Positions 36,959 to 48,293 of a DNA stretch of 64,000 bases are shown here, one piece after another. Within the stretch, counting starts at the first letter, position 1, and each line of letters starts with the position of its first letter. A program made the position numbers and the translations under genes. This stretch comes from an uncultured Planctomycetales bacterium (lineage in GTDB: Bacteria > Omnitrophota > Gorgyraeia > Gygaellales > Profunditerraquicolaceae), in NCBI GenBank assembly GCA_964545575.1, contig CAZJFL010000009.1, positions 19,574 to 83,573 of the forward strand. Direction: 5' to 3'. The notes below the pieces were generated by a model. It saw nothing but the letters and a program-made list of their open reading frames with translations, was not told the DNA's origin and did not search any database.

Positions 36959-38188
36959 ATGATGAATAGCGGTGATACTGCTTGGGTCTTGGTTTCATCG
37001 GCTTTAGTCCTGCTGATGACTCCTGGCCTGGCATTCTTTTACGGAGGGATGGTTAGGAAGAAAAACGTTTTGAGTGTTTTAATGCAGTGTTTCATTATTA
37101 TGTGCGTTTTAAGTATCCAGTGGGTACTCTTTGGCTACAGCCTTTCGTTTCATCCGGGAAACGGATTCTGGGGCGGTTTTGGATGGTTGGGTTTAAACGG
37201 TGTGGGCTTTGAGCCTTACGCAGATTACGCGGCTACTATTCCGCATCAGGCATTTATGATCTTTCAGGCGATGTTTGCGATTATCACACCCGCATTGATT
37301 ATCGGCGCATTTGCTGAGAGGATGAAGTTTTCCGCATTTTTGTTATTTACGGTGCTTTGGGCGACGTTTGTATACGATCCTTTATGTCACTGGGTCTGGG
37401 GCACGGGAGGATTTTTAAAGAATTTAGGCGCGCTTGATTTTGCCGGTGGAACAGTGGTACATATTAATGCCGGGATTGCTGCTTTGGTCACGGCGATAGT
37501 CCTAGGCAAGAGATCAAACTTAAACGGAAATGTGCCTACTCCGCACAACATGCCTTTGGTGGTCTTAGGTACAGGATTATTATGGTTTGGTTGGTTTGGT
37601 TTTAATGCCGGAAGCGCTCTTGCTGCCAATGGGTTAGCGGTAAACGCATTTGTCGTAACCAATACCGCAGCTGCCGCGGCAGGATTAAGTTGGGCTTTGA
37701 TTGAGTGGTGGCGTAACGGCAAGCCTACGATTTTCGGCTTATGTTCCGGAGCTGTCGCAGGCCTCGTTGCAATTACGCCTGCTGCCGGATTTGTAGGTGT
37801 TATACCGGCGATAATCATCGGCCTATTAGTCAGCGTTTTCTGCTTTATTGCGGTAACGCTGATTAAGCCGAAATTCGGTTATGATGATTCGCTGGATGCC
37901 TTTGGAGTGCACTGCATAGGCGGTATCTGGGGAGCTTTGGCTACCGGGCTGTTTGCTTCTAAGGTAATAAATTCCGCCGGCAGCGATGGGCTATTTTTCG
38001 GCAACCCGAAGCAGTTTTTAGTGCAGCTGGCAGCCGTAGCAGTGACGATTATCTACACGGGAGTCGTTACATTGATTATCTATAAACTCGTAGACGTGTT
38101 CGTGGGTATACGGGTTGATGAAAAATCAGAGGCAATGGGGTTAGATTTGACGCAGCATCATGAAAGGGCGTATACGGTATTGGAGTAA
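36959..38188 (+). CDS. amtB: ammonium transporter
   Basis: GDTAW, MTPGLAFFYGG, DFAGGTVVH, WFGWFGFNAGS, DDSLDAFGVH; start revised (36953 or 36959). Confidence 0.97.
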   Translation: MMNSGDTAWVLVSSALVLLMTPGLAFFYGGMVRKKNVLSVLMQCFIIMCVLSIQWVLFGYSLSFHPGNGFWGGFGWLGLNGVGFEPYADYAATIPHQAFMIFQAMFAIITPALIIGAFAERMKFSAFLLFTVLWATFVYDPLCHWVWGTGGFLKNLGALDFAGGTVVHINAGIAALVTAIVLGKRSNLNGNVPTPHNMPLVVLGTGLLWFGWFGFNAGSALAANGLAVNAFVVTNTAAAAAGLSWALIEWWRNGKPTIFGLCSGAVAGLVAITPAAGFVGVIPAIIIGLLVSVFCFIAVTLIKPKFGYDDSLDAFGVHCIGGIWGALATGLFASKVINSAGSDGLFFGNPKQFLVQLAAVAVTIIYTGVVTLIIYKLVDVFVGIRVDEKSEAMGLDLTQHHERAYTVLE

Positions 38189-38206
38189 ATATCCAAGGAG
38201 GCTTAG

Positions 38207-38548
38207 ATGAGACTGGTTATCGCAATAATACAGCCGCACAGACTAGAGGCGGTGAAAGAAGAATTGTATAAGGCAGAGGTTAATCTTTTGACCGTAAGTG
38301 AAGTCTTAGGCCACGGCCGGCAAAAAGGCATTACCGAAGTCTACCGCGGAGCAAAAGAAACAGGGAATCTTCTGCGCAAGGTCAGGCTTGAAATTGCGGT
38401 CAATGATAATTTCCTTGAGCCGACTATAAGAGCGATTGTTAAAGGTGCCAAGACCGGTGAGACCGGAGACGGAAAGATTTTTGTGCTGGATCTTAAGGAG
38501 TGTATCCGTATCCGCACCGAAGAGCGCGGCGGCGTAGCCATAGGTTAA
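38207..38548 (+). CDS. glnK: PII signal transduction protein
   Basis: [27 protein letters not shown]; follows amtB. Confidence 0.93.
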   Translation: MRLVIAIIQPHRLEAVKEELYKAEVNLLTVSEVLGHGRQKGITEVYRGAKETGNLLRKVRLEIAVNDNFLEPTIRAIVKGAKTGETGDGKIFVLDLKECIRIRTEERGGVAIG

Positions 38549-38574
38549 GGAGGGAAGGGAAAGCCTATAAAAAG

Positions 38575-38604
38575 GTTACCAAAATAGGCTTTATTTTACT
38601 TGTA
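38575..38604 (+). promoter_or_regulatory. candidate alternative-sigma promoter of glnA
   Basis: GTTACCAAAA-N13-ACTTGTA. Confidence 0.6.
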
Positions 38605-38633
38605 TATAGAGAAGTAGGAAGCTTAAAATTTAG

Positions 38634-38710
38634 GCACATTGTAGTGCGAAAATAAAATATTTGCCTTAAGGGAACATGGGCGTTCTTCGAAAAGAACGCC
38701 CTTTTTGTTT
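38634..38710 (+). promoter_or_regulatory. ANTAR dual hairpin plus terminator (glnA leader)
   Basis: GCAC-ATTGTA-GTGC; GAAC-ATGGGC-GTTC overlapping GGGCGTTCTT-CGAA-AAGAACGCCC-TTTTTG. Confidence 0.8.
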
Positions 38711-38725
38711 AAAAAGGAGGAAGTA

Positions 38726-40234
38726 ATGCCTAAGAGAGAGATAAAAAAGACCAAGGGAGTAAAGACCAAAAATCCTTTGGTTAACGGTTCTTTTGACGAA
38801 AAAGCGGCCCGGGATGTGATGAAACTGGTCAAAGAAAGCAATATCCAAATTATAGATTTGAAATTCAATGACCTTCCCGGCCTCTGGCAGCATTTTTCCA
38901 TACCTGCCTCAGAATTGAAAGAGATGGACGATATCACCCGTTCTATCTGGGTGGATGGCATCGGTTTTGACGGTTCCTCCATCCGCGGTTTCCAGAAGAT
39001 ACAGGAATCGGACATGATTTTGATTCCCGACCCCTCCACGGCGATTATAGATCCGGTGTGCGAGGTTCCTACTCTAAGCATCATCTGCGATATTTATGAC
39101 CCGCTTACCCGTAAAGCCTACACCCGCGACCCGCGCTATATAGCAAAAAAAGCCGAAAAATACCTTAAAGATTCGGGGATCGCCGATACGGTTTATTTCG
39201 GCCCAGAGGCGGAGTTTTTTATTTTCAATGATGTGCGTTTTGACCAGACTGAAAATTCCGGGTATTACTTTATTGATTCAGACGAGGGTGACTGGAATAC
39301 GGGAAGGGAAGAAAATCCAAATTTAGGTTATAAGGTGCGCTATAAAGAAGGTTATTTCCCGGTTCCTCCGCACGATTCTCTGCAGGATTTAAGAAGCAGG
39401 ATAATTCTGAAGATGAAAGAGGCGGGCATTAATGTGGAAGTGCACCACCATGAAGTGGCTACGGCCGGCCAGTGCGAAATTGATATGAAATTCGACAAAC
39501 TTACCAAGATGGCCGATAACCTCTTGCTTTACAAATACATAATCAAAAATATGGCTAAGAAGAATAACATGGTAGCTACTTTTATGCCTAAGCCTCTCTT
39601 TGCGGATAACGGCTCGGGTATGCACTGCCACCAGAGCCTGTGGAAAGGCGGGAGGAACCTGTTCTACGATAAAAACGGCTATGCGCTCTTAAGCCAGGCG
39701 GCAAAATACTATATCGGAGGCTTGTTAAAGCATGCGCGCAGCTTGATGGCTTTTTGCGCTCCCACTACCAATTCCTATAAGAGATTAGTTCCCGGTTATG
39801 AGGCGCCGGTAAACCTGGTATATTCTGCGCGCAACCGTTCAGCAGCGGTAAGGGTTCCCATGTATTCGGACAATCCCAAATCTAAAAGAATAGAATTCCG
39901 CCCGCCTGACCCGGCCTGTAACGGGTATTTGGCATTCAGCGCCATGCTTTTGGCCGGACTTGACGGCATACAGAATAAAATCGATCCCGGTAAACCCATG
40001 GATAAAGATCTATTCGAATTAAGCGAAGAAGAATTAAAAACCATACCTACCGTTCCCGGGTCGCTTTATACCGCGCTCAACGCCCTTGAAGCAGACCATG
40101 AATATCTTTTAAAAGGCGGCGTATTTACTCAGGATGTTTTGGATATCTGGCTGGAGTATAAGCGTAAAAAAGAGATAGACGCAGTGAGGATGCGCCCGCA
40201 TCCCTATGAGTTTTATCTTTATTTTGATATTTAA
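38726..40234 (+). CDS. glnA: glutamine synthetase type I-beta
   Basis: [59 protein letters not shown]; start 38726 after AGGAGG. Confidence 0.96.
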   Translation: MPKREIKKTKGVKTKNPLVNGSFDEKAARDVMKLVKESNIQIIDLKFNDLPGLWQHFSIPASELKEMDDITRSIWVDGIGFDGSSIRGFQKIQESDMILIPDPSTAIIDPVCEVPTLSIICDIYDPLTRKAYTRDPRYIAKKAEKYLKDSGIADTVYFGPEAEFFIFNDVRFDQTENSGYYFIDSDEGDWNTGREENPNLGYKVRYKEGYFPVPPHDSLQDLRSRIILKMKEAGINVEVHHHEVATAGQCEIDMKFDKLTKMADNLLLYKYIIKNMAKKNNMVATFMPKPLFADNGSGMHCHQSLWKGGRNLFYDKNGYALLSQAAKYYIGGLLKHARSLMAFCAPTTNSYKRLVPGYEAPVNLVYSARNRSAAVRVPMYSDNPKSKRIEFRPPDPACNGYLAFSAMLLAGLDGIQNKIDPGKPMDKDLFELSEEELKTIPTVPGSLYTALNALEADHEYLLKGGVFTQDVLDIWLEYKRKKEIDAVRMRPHPYEFYLYFDI

Positions 40235-40239
40235 AATCA

Positions 40240-40320
40240 GGGACTGTCCCCTTAGGTCTACGGGAAGGCACCCAAACCTATCTGATGGTTTGGTGCCCCG
40301 CTTTCTGCGGGGACTGTCCC
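40240..40320. repeat. GGGACTGTCCC palindromes (40240-40250, 40310-40320) flanking element A (~40268-40311)
   Basis: GCACCCAAACC-TATCTGAT-GGTTTGGTGC-CCCGC-TTTCT-GCGGG between the two palindromes. Confidence 0.8.
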
Positions 40321-40367
40321 TAAAATTTTATCCGGCGGTGCTTAATTTTTAGGCAAGAGGGATAATC

Positions 40368-40616
40368 ATGCCAGAGACGGTTGATTTAGAGGATAAGATT
40401 ATAGAGCTGGGAGATTCGCTGTACCAGCAAAAAGAAGGCGCATTATACAGGTTTATTCTGGAGATTATCGAAAGGCCTTTGCTTGAGCGCGTGTTGGAGC
40501 GCACGGAAGGAAACCAGCTTAAAGCGGCAAGGGTATTGGGGATTAACCGTAATACCATGCGCGCCAAGATAAAAAAATTAGGCATTAATGTAGAAAAATG
40601 GAAGGGTTTAAAGTGA
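40368..40616 (+). CDS. Fis-like / stand-alone NtrC-type HTH protein
   Basis: IERPLLE.VL..T.GNQLKAARVLGINRNTMRAKIKKLGI. Confidence 0.88.
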   Translation: MPETVDLEDKIIELGDSLYQQKEGALYRFILEIIERPLLERVLERTEGNQLKAARVLGINRNTMRAKIKKLGINVEKWKGLK

Positions 40617-43600
40617 AATATACGCATTTACCCGAAGCCCAGGGCTTATACGATCCGCGCTTTGAGCATGATTCCTGCGGCGTGGGTTTTGTCTGTAATA
40701 TCAGGGGTAAAGCTTCTTATGGTATTGTCAGGCAGGGTCTGGAGGTGCTTAACCGGCTTTCTCACCGCGGCGCAACCGGCTCAGACCCTAAGACTGGAGA
40801 CGGGGCAGGGATACTCATTCAGATTCCCCATGAGTTCTTTGCCAAAGTTTGCCGCAGGTCCGGGATCGGGTTGCCGCCAAAGGGAAAGTACGCAACGGGA
40901 ATAGTATTTTTACCTGCCGATTCTAAAGAGCGGGCTTTTTGTAAAGCAGTTTTTGCCCGGCTTATCAAGGAAGAAAAACAGATCTTTTTAGGTTGGCGGG
41001 AGGTTCCCGTGGATGATACTTGTATCGGAAGGACCGCTCGGGAGACAAAGCCTGCGATGGAACAAGTTTTTATCGCCCAAGATAAATCAGAATCAGATGA
41101 GTTGAATTTTGAAAGAAAGCTCTACCTGATTCGAAAGAGGATAGAGAATGTTATCCGCGCCAGCTCCCTTAAGCAGAAGGCCTTTTTCTATATTACTAAT
41201 CTCTCAAGCAGGACTTTCTCTTACAAGGGTTTGTTGATGCCTGGACAGGTGGGCAAGTTTTTCCTTGACCTAAAGGATCAAGACCTTAAAAGCGCGATAA
41301 GCCTCGTGCATTCGCGTTACTCAACCAATACCTTCCCGACCTGGGATTTGGCGCAGCCCTTCAGGTTCCTGGCGCATAACGGAGAGATAAATACTTTAAG
41401 GGGCAATATCAACTGGATGCAGGCAAGGGAGAGTTTGTTAGCCGATAAATTCTTCGGTGAAAAGATCAAAGATATATTGCCGGTGATTGTGCCCGGAGGC
41501 AGCGATTCCGCAACTATAGATAATGTTTTTGAACTTCTTCTATTATCCGGTAGGTCTTTGCCTCACGCGATGATGATGCTTATCCCGGCGGCCTGGCAGC
41601 AGGATAAGCTTTTATCCGAGAAGGTAAAAAGTTTTTACCTTTACCATGCCTGCTTAATGGAGGCCTGGGACGGCCCGGCGGCAATCGCCTTTACCGACGG
41701 AACCCGCGTAGGCGCGGTTTTAGACAGAAACGGCCTGCGGCCGGCAAGATATATCATTACTAAAAACGATACCGTAGTCATGGCCTCTGAGGTAGGGGTA
41801 TTGGATATTCCTCCTTCCGATATTTTAGTTTCTGGCAGGCTTGAGCCGGGCAGGATATTCTTTATCGATACACAGGAAGGCCGTATTGTAGATGATGCCG
41901 AAATTAAGAAGGCGATGGCAAACAGCCGGCCTTATAAAAGCTGGCTTAAAGAAAATATGCTGGAATTAAAAAACGTGCGTCCTGCGGCGGTTGAGTCCGG
42001 GATACGCAAGGAGGAAGTCCTGACGCTGTTAAAGGCATTCGGTTATACGCGCGAGGATTTAAAATTTATCCTCAAGCCGATGTTAGAGCATGCGCAGGAG
42101 CCGACAGGCTCAATGGGTAATGATGCTCCCCATGCGGTTTTATCTGGAAAACCGCAACTGCTCTATAATTATTTTAAGCAATTATTTGCGCAGGTCACTA
42201 ATCCCGCGATTGACCCTATCCGCGAAGAGCTCGTAATGAGCTTAGAAAGCTACGTAGGGCCGGAAAGGAATATGCTGGATGAGACCGCTAAACATTGCCG
42301 TAAATTAAGGGTGAGGCACCCGATTCTTAGCAATGATGACTTAGCTAAGATCGCCAAGATAAGAGAAAATAGTTTTAGAACTAAGACCATCTCTTTGCTC
42401 TTTAAGGCGCAGGATGAGAAAGATTTTTTAGCGACGCTGGAGCGGGTTTGTAAAGAGGCGGTCTCCGCCATAAAAGAGGGTTATACCTTTATCATCTTAA
42501 GCGACCGGGGCGTAAGCCGGGATTATGCGGCTTTGCCCTGTTTATTAGCCACCGCTACGGTGCATCACTATTTGGTAAAGAAGGCCCTGCGCACGCAGAT
42601 CGGGATAATTTTGGAGACCGCAGAGCCCAGGGAAGTGCATCATTTTGCCCTGCTTTTTGGTTACGGCGCAGATTGCATTAATCCGTATCTGGCCTTTGAA
42701 GCGGTCAAATATCTCTTAACAGAAGAGAAGATGGATTTAGGGCCGGATATTGCCTTAGATAATTATATAAAAGCAATAGATAAGGGGATCTTAAAGATTC
42801 TTTCCAAAATGGGCATCTCTACTCTGCAAAGCTACCGCGGCGCGCAGATTTTTGAAGTTTTAGGATTGAGTGAAGAGGTTATCCGATATTCTTTTAGCGG
42901 CACTCCCTCAAGGATCGGTGGAGCGGGATTTGCGGTTATTGCGCAAGAAACTATCCTGCGGCATAAAGAGGCATATAATAAGATGGTCGCGCAGGAACCT
43001 TATTTAGCTACCGGAGGCCTCTATCAATGGAAGAGGGACGGAGAGTTTCATTTATGGAACCCTGATACTATTGCCCTGCTTCAGGATGCGGCTTGGAATA
43101 ACGATTATCAGAAATACAAAGAGTTTGCCCGGCTGATTAATGATCAGTCCGCTAACCCCGTTACTTTGCGTAGCCTCTTTAAGTTCAAAACGGCCAAATC
43201 TATTCCTACAGAAGAGGTGGAGCCCGTAGAGAGCATCTTGCGCCGTTTTGCTACCGGAGCGATGAGTTTCGGTTCAATAAGCAAGGAAGCGCATGAGACT
43301 ATCGCCGTTGCCATGAATAAAATAGGCGGCCGCTCCAATAGCGGGGAAGGAGGAGAGGACCCAGAGAGATTTCAAGCTGCGGATAACGGAGAGTGTAAGC
43401 GCAGCGCTGTAAAACAGGTTGCTTCCGGAAGGTTCGGCGTGACCTCTTATTATCTGATGAATGCCGATGAATTACAGATAAAAATCGCCCAGGGTGCCAA
43501 GCCCGGCGAAGGAGGGCAGCTTCCCGGCTATAAGGTAAGCGCTGTTATTGCTAAAACGCGCCACACCACGCCGGGGGTGACTTTGATTTCTCCGCCTCCG

Positions 43601-45145
43601 CACCATGATATCTATTCTATCGAAGACCTTGCCCAGCTGATTTTTGATTTAAAGAACGCCAATCCTGGCGCGCGTATCAGCGTAAAGCTGGTTTCCGAAG
43701 TGGGTGTAGGCACTATCGCGGCAGGAGTAGCTAAGGCTCACGCGGATATGATTCTTATTTCCGGAGGAGACGGAGGGACAGGCGCTTCACCTTTAGGTTC
43801 AATAAAGCATGCGGGTCTACCCTGGGAATTAGGGCTTTCTGAAACGCATCAGACGCTCCTGCTCAATGATTTGCGCAGCCGCGTGCGCCTGCAGACAGAC
43901 GGACAGATGCGCACCGGACGCGATGTAGCCATAGCCTGTCTTTTAGGAGCCGAGGAATTCGGTTTCTGCACCGCTGTTTTGATTGTTTTGGGTTGCGTGA
44001 TGCTAAGGCATTGCCATCTGAATAATTGCTCGGTGGGCATTGCGACACAGGAAGCGTTGCTTTGCGGCAGGTTCAAAGGCAAGTCCGAATACGTCGTAAA
44101 TTATTTTAACTTTGTAGCGCGGGAACTGCGCGAGATTATGGCAGGATTAGGAGTAGGAAGCATGGATGAACTGGTGGGCAGGGCTGAATTTTTAAAACTA
44201 AGAAAAGAAATTCTTCCCTGGAAAGCGAAAGGAATCGATTTCTCAAAGGTCCTCTATAAACCAAAGGTCGGTACTAACGTAAAGACCCATTGCACGATAG
44301 CTCAAGAGCACGGCACAGAGAAGTCGCTGGATTTAAAGCTGATAGAGTTAGTCAAAGACGCCCTGGATAACCGCCAGCCGGTGAGGATAGAGCTGCCGGT
44401 TGAGAATACCAACCGTACCCTGGGTGCAATGTTAAGCGGAAAACTCTCTCAGGTTTATGGAGAAGAAGGTTTAGGGGAAGATACCATCAGTTGTAAGTTC
44501 AAAGGAGTCGCGGGCCAGAGCTTCGCCGCATTTTTAGCTAAAGGGATTACTTTTGAGCTGGAGGGGATGAGTAACGATTACGTGGGTAAGGGTTTATGCG
44601 GCGGAAAAGTTATAATTTATCCGGATAAAGAGTCTTCTTATCAGGCGGATAAAAATATTATTATCGGAAACACCGGCTTTTACGGAGCAACTTCCGGCGA
44701 GGCTTATATCCGGGGAGTCGCAGGGGAAAGGTTCTGTATCAGGAACTCCGGACTAAATGCTGTCGTCGAAGGCGTAGGCGATCACGGTTGCGAATATATG
44801 ACCGGAGGAAGGGTAGTGGTAATAGGCGCGACCGGAAGAAACTTTGCCGCTGGCATGTCCGGAGGCATTGCCTATGTTTTTGACGCAGAGAGCAATTTTA
44901 AATACAAATGCAATACAGAGATGGTGGTGCTGGAGGAGGTTAATCACGAAGACGCTGAAACCATCAGAAATCTTTTAACTAACCACTATAAATATACCTA
45001 TAGTCAGGCCGCCAAAGAGATACTTGATGATTTTAACCTCAGCGAGAAAAAGTTCGTCAAAGTCATGCCTTTGGAATATAAAAATATTCTTCAGAATATC
45101 AAGACAGGCAAAAAGCCGGAATTGACAGAGGTATCCGATGGGTGA
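40613..45145 (+). CDS. gltB: glutamate synthase large subunit
   Basis: EHDSCGVGF, HSRYSTNT, HNGEINT, QGAKPGEGGQLPG, CHLNNC, GXGXG domain; GTG start overlaps the Fis-like stop. Confidence 0.97.
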   Translation: MKYTHLPEAQGLYDPRFEHDSCGVGFVCNIRGKASYGIVRQGLEVLNRLSHRGATGSDPKTGDGAGILIQIPHEFFAKVCRRSGIGLPPKGKYATGIVFLPADSKERAFCKAVFARLIKEEKQIFLGWREVPVDDTCIGRTARETKPAMEQVFIAQDKSESDELNFERKLYLIRKRIENVIRASSLKQKAFFYITNLSSRTFSYKGLLMPGQVGKFFLDLKDQDLKSAISLVHSRYSTNTFPTWDLAQPFRFLAHNGEINTLRGNINWMQARESLLADKFFGEKIKDILPVIVPGGSDSATIDNVFELLLLSGRSLPHAMMMLIPAAWQQDKLLSEKVKSFYLYHACLMEAWDGPAAIAFTDGTRVGAVLDRNGLRPARYIITKNDTVVMASEVGVLDIPPSDILVSGRLEPGRIFFIDTQEGRIVDDAEIKKAMANSRPYKSWLKENMLELKNVRPAAVESGIRKEEVLTLLKAFGYTREDLKFILKPMLEHAQEPTGSMGNDAPHAVLSGKPQLLYNYFKQLFAQVTNPAIDPIREELVMSLESYVGPERNMLDETAKHCRKLRVRHPILSNDDLAKIAKIRENSFRTKTISLLFKAQDEKDFLATLERVCKEAVSAIKEGYTFIILSDRGVSRDYAALPCLLATATVHHYLVKKALRTQIGIILETAEPREVHHFALLFGYGADCINPYLAFEAVKYLLTEEKMDLGPDIALDNYIKAIDKGILKILSKMGISTLQSYRGAQIFEVLGLSEEVIRYSFSGTPSRIGGAGFAVIAQETILRHKEAYNKMVAQEPYLATGGLYQWKRDGEFHLWNPDTIALLQDAAWNNDYQKYKEFARLINDQSANPVTLRSLFKFKTAKSIPTEEVEPVESILRRFATGAMSFGSISKEAHETIAVAMNKIGGRSNSGEGGEDPERFQAADNGECKRSAVKQVASGRFGVTSYYLMNADELQIKIAQGAKPGEGGQLPGYKVSAVIAKTRHTTPGVTLISPPPHHDIYSIEDLAQLIFDLKNANPGARISVKLVSEVGVGTIAAGVAKAHADMILISGGDGGTGASPLGSIKHAGLPWELGLSETHQTLLLNDLRSRVRLQTDGQMRTGRDVAIACLLGAEEFGFCTAVLIVLGCVMLRHCHLNNCSVGIATQEALLCGRFKGKSEYVVNYFNFVARELREIMAGLGVGSMDELVGRAEFLKLRKEILPWKAKGIDFSKVLYKPKVGTNVKTHCTIAQEHGTEKSLDLKLIELVKDALDNRQPVRIELPVENTNRTLGAMLSGKLSQVYGEEGLGEDTISCKFKGVAGQSFAAFLAKGITFELEGMSNDYVGKGLCGGKVIIYPDKESSYQADKNIIIGNTGFYGATSGEAYIRGVAGERFCIRNSGLNAVVEGVGDHGCEYMTGGRVVVIGATGRNFAAGMSGGIAYVFDAESNFKYKCNTEMVVLEEVNHEDAETIRNLLTNHYKYTYSQAAKEILDDFNLSEKKFVKVMPLEYKNILQNIKTGKKPELTEVSDG

Positions 45146-46556
45146 TGTCAGAGGTTTCCTGAAAACTAAACGCCGGGCCTGCCGCTATAGGCCGGCGAGA
45201 GAGCGGGTAAAGGATTTTTGCGAGGTAGCGCTTTTACCGCAGGCAAAATGTTCCCGCCAACAGGCCTCGCGTTGCATGGATTGCGGCACGCCGTTCTGCC
45301 ATTGGGGCTGCCCCGTGGCTAATTATATCCCGGAATGGAACGACTTGCTCTTTCAGGGGCAGTGGGAGCGGGCCGCAGAGTTACTTTTAGCCACCAATGA
45401 TCTGCCTGAGATCACCGGAAGGTTATGCCCGGCTCCCTGCGAATTTTCCTGTGTCTTAAGTATTAACGATGACGCGGTTACTATACGGGAAAATGAGTTA
45501 GCGATTATCGAGCAGGCTTTTAAAAAAGGTTGGGTGAGGGCACAGTCTCCTTTAGAGCGTAGCGGTAAAAGAGTAGCCGTTATCGGTTCCGGCCCGGCAG
45601 GGCTTTCTTGCGCAGCACAGCTGAATAAGGCCGGGCATAAGGTAGCGGTTTTTGAGCGGGATGATAAAATCGGAGGAATCTTAAGATACGGCATACCGGA
45701 TTTTAAATTGGAGAAAAGTATTATTGACCGGCGCCTGAAGATTTGGGAAAAAGAAGGTATTGAATTTAAAACAGGTATAGATGTGGGTAAAGGTTATCCG
45801 CTAAGAAAATTATTCAAGGAATTTGACGCGGTATGCCTGGCCGGAGGAAGCCGCGTTCCCCGGGATTTAAATATACCGGGGAGGCAATTGAAAGGGATTC
45901 ATTTTGCGATGGATTATCTCATTCAGGCAAATAAGAGCTCAGCAGGGGAGAATATAAAGGATAGCAAAGTTATAAACGTAAAAGGAAAATGGGTAGTGGT
46001 TATCGGAGGGGGAGATACGGGGGCTGATTGTGTAGGCACAGCGCACAGGCAAGGAGCAAGTTGTGTTGTTCAAATTGAGCTTTTATCCAAACCTTCAGAA
46101 AACCGCGCGCAGGATTCCCCCTGGCCGGAATATCCGGCGTTGCTTAAAACATCTACCAGCCATCAGGAGGGCGGAGAGCGCCGCTGGCAGGTTTTAACTA
46201 AACGTTTTACCGGAGAGAGCGGTTGGGTGAAAAAGCTTTCTTGCGTTCGGGTAGATTCTTCATGCCAGGAATTGCCCGGTAGCGAATTTGAAATTAAAGC
46301 GGACCTGGTAATTTTGGCTTTGGGGTTTTTGCATCCCGAAAAGAAAGGATTGCTTGAGGAGGGAGGTTTTGCGCTTGATTCCCGCGGAAACGTCAAAACA
46401 GGCGTCGGCCTCAGGACTTCAGTCAAAGGGGTATTTTGCGCAGGAGATATGCATAGAGGCCAATCTCTGGTTGTCTGGGCGATTTCCGAAGGAAGGCGCG
46501 CAGCCTATTATATTGATAAATATTTGATGGGCGAAAGCGATTTGCCGTTTATCTAA
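45138..46556 (+). CDS. gltD: glutamate synthase small subunit
   Basis: RCMDCGTPFC..GCP, GRLCPAPCE, GSGPAG, GGGDTGADC, RGQSLVVWAI.EGR. Confidence 0.96.
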   Translation: MGDVRGFLKTKRRACRYRPARERVKDFCEVALLPQAKCSRQQASRCMDCGTPFCHWGCPVANYIPEWNDLLFQGQWERAAELLLATNDLPEITGRLCPAPCEFSCVLSINDDAVTIRENELAIIEQAFKKGWVRAQSPLERSGKRVAVIGSGPAGLSCAAQLNKAGHKVAVFERDDKIGGILRYGIPDFKLEKSIIDRRLKIWEKEGIEFKTGIDVGKGYPLRKLFKEFDAVCLAGGSRVPRDLNIPGRQLKGIHFAMDYLIQANKSSAGENIKDSKVINVKGKWVVVIGGGDTGADCVGTAHRQGASCVVQIELLSKPSENRAQDSPWPEYPALLKTSTSHQEGGERRWQVLTKRFTGESGWVKKLSCVRVDSSCQELPGSEFEIKADLVILALGFLHPEKKGLLEEGGFALDSRGNVKTGVGLRTSVKGVFCAGDMHRGQSLVVWAISEGRRAAYYIDKYLMGESDLPFI

Positions 46557-46574
46557 GCGAGAGACGGTTTTACA

Positions 46575-46602
46575 TTGACATCATCCTAAAATATGTTAAA
46601 CT
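46575..46602 (+). promoter_or_regulatory. sigma70-type promoter of the pyrG operon
   Basis: TTGACA-N16-TAAACT with extended TG. Confidence 0.65.
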
Positions 46603-46614
46603 TTTTAGTAGTCC

Positions 46615-48292
<1,678 letters not shown>

Positions 48293-48293
48293 T

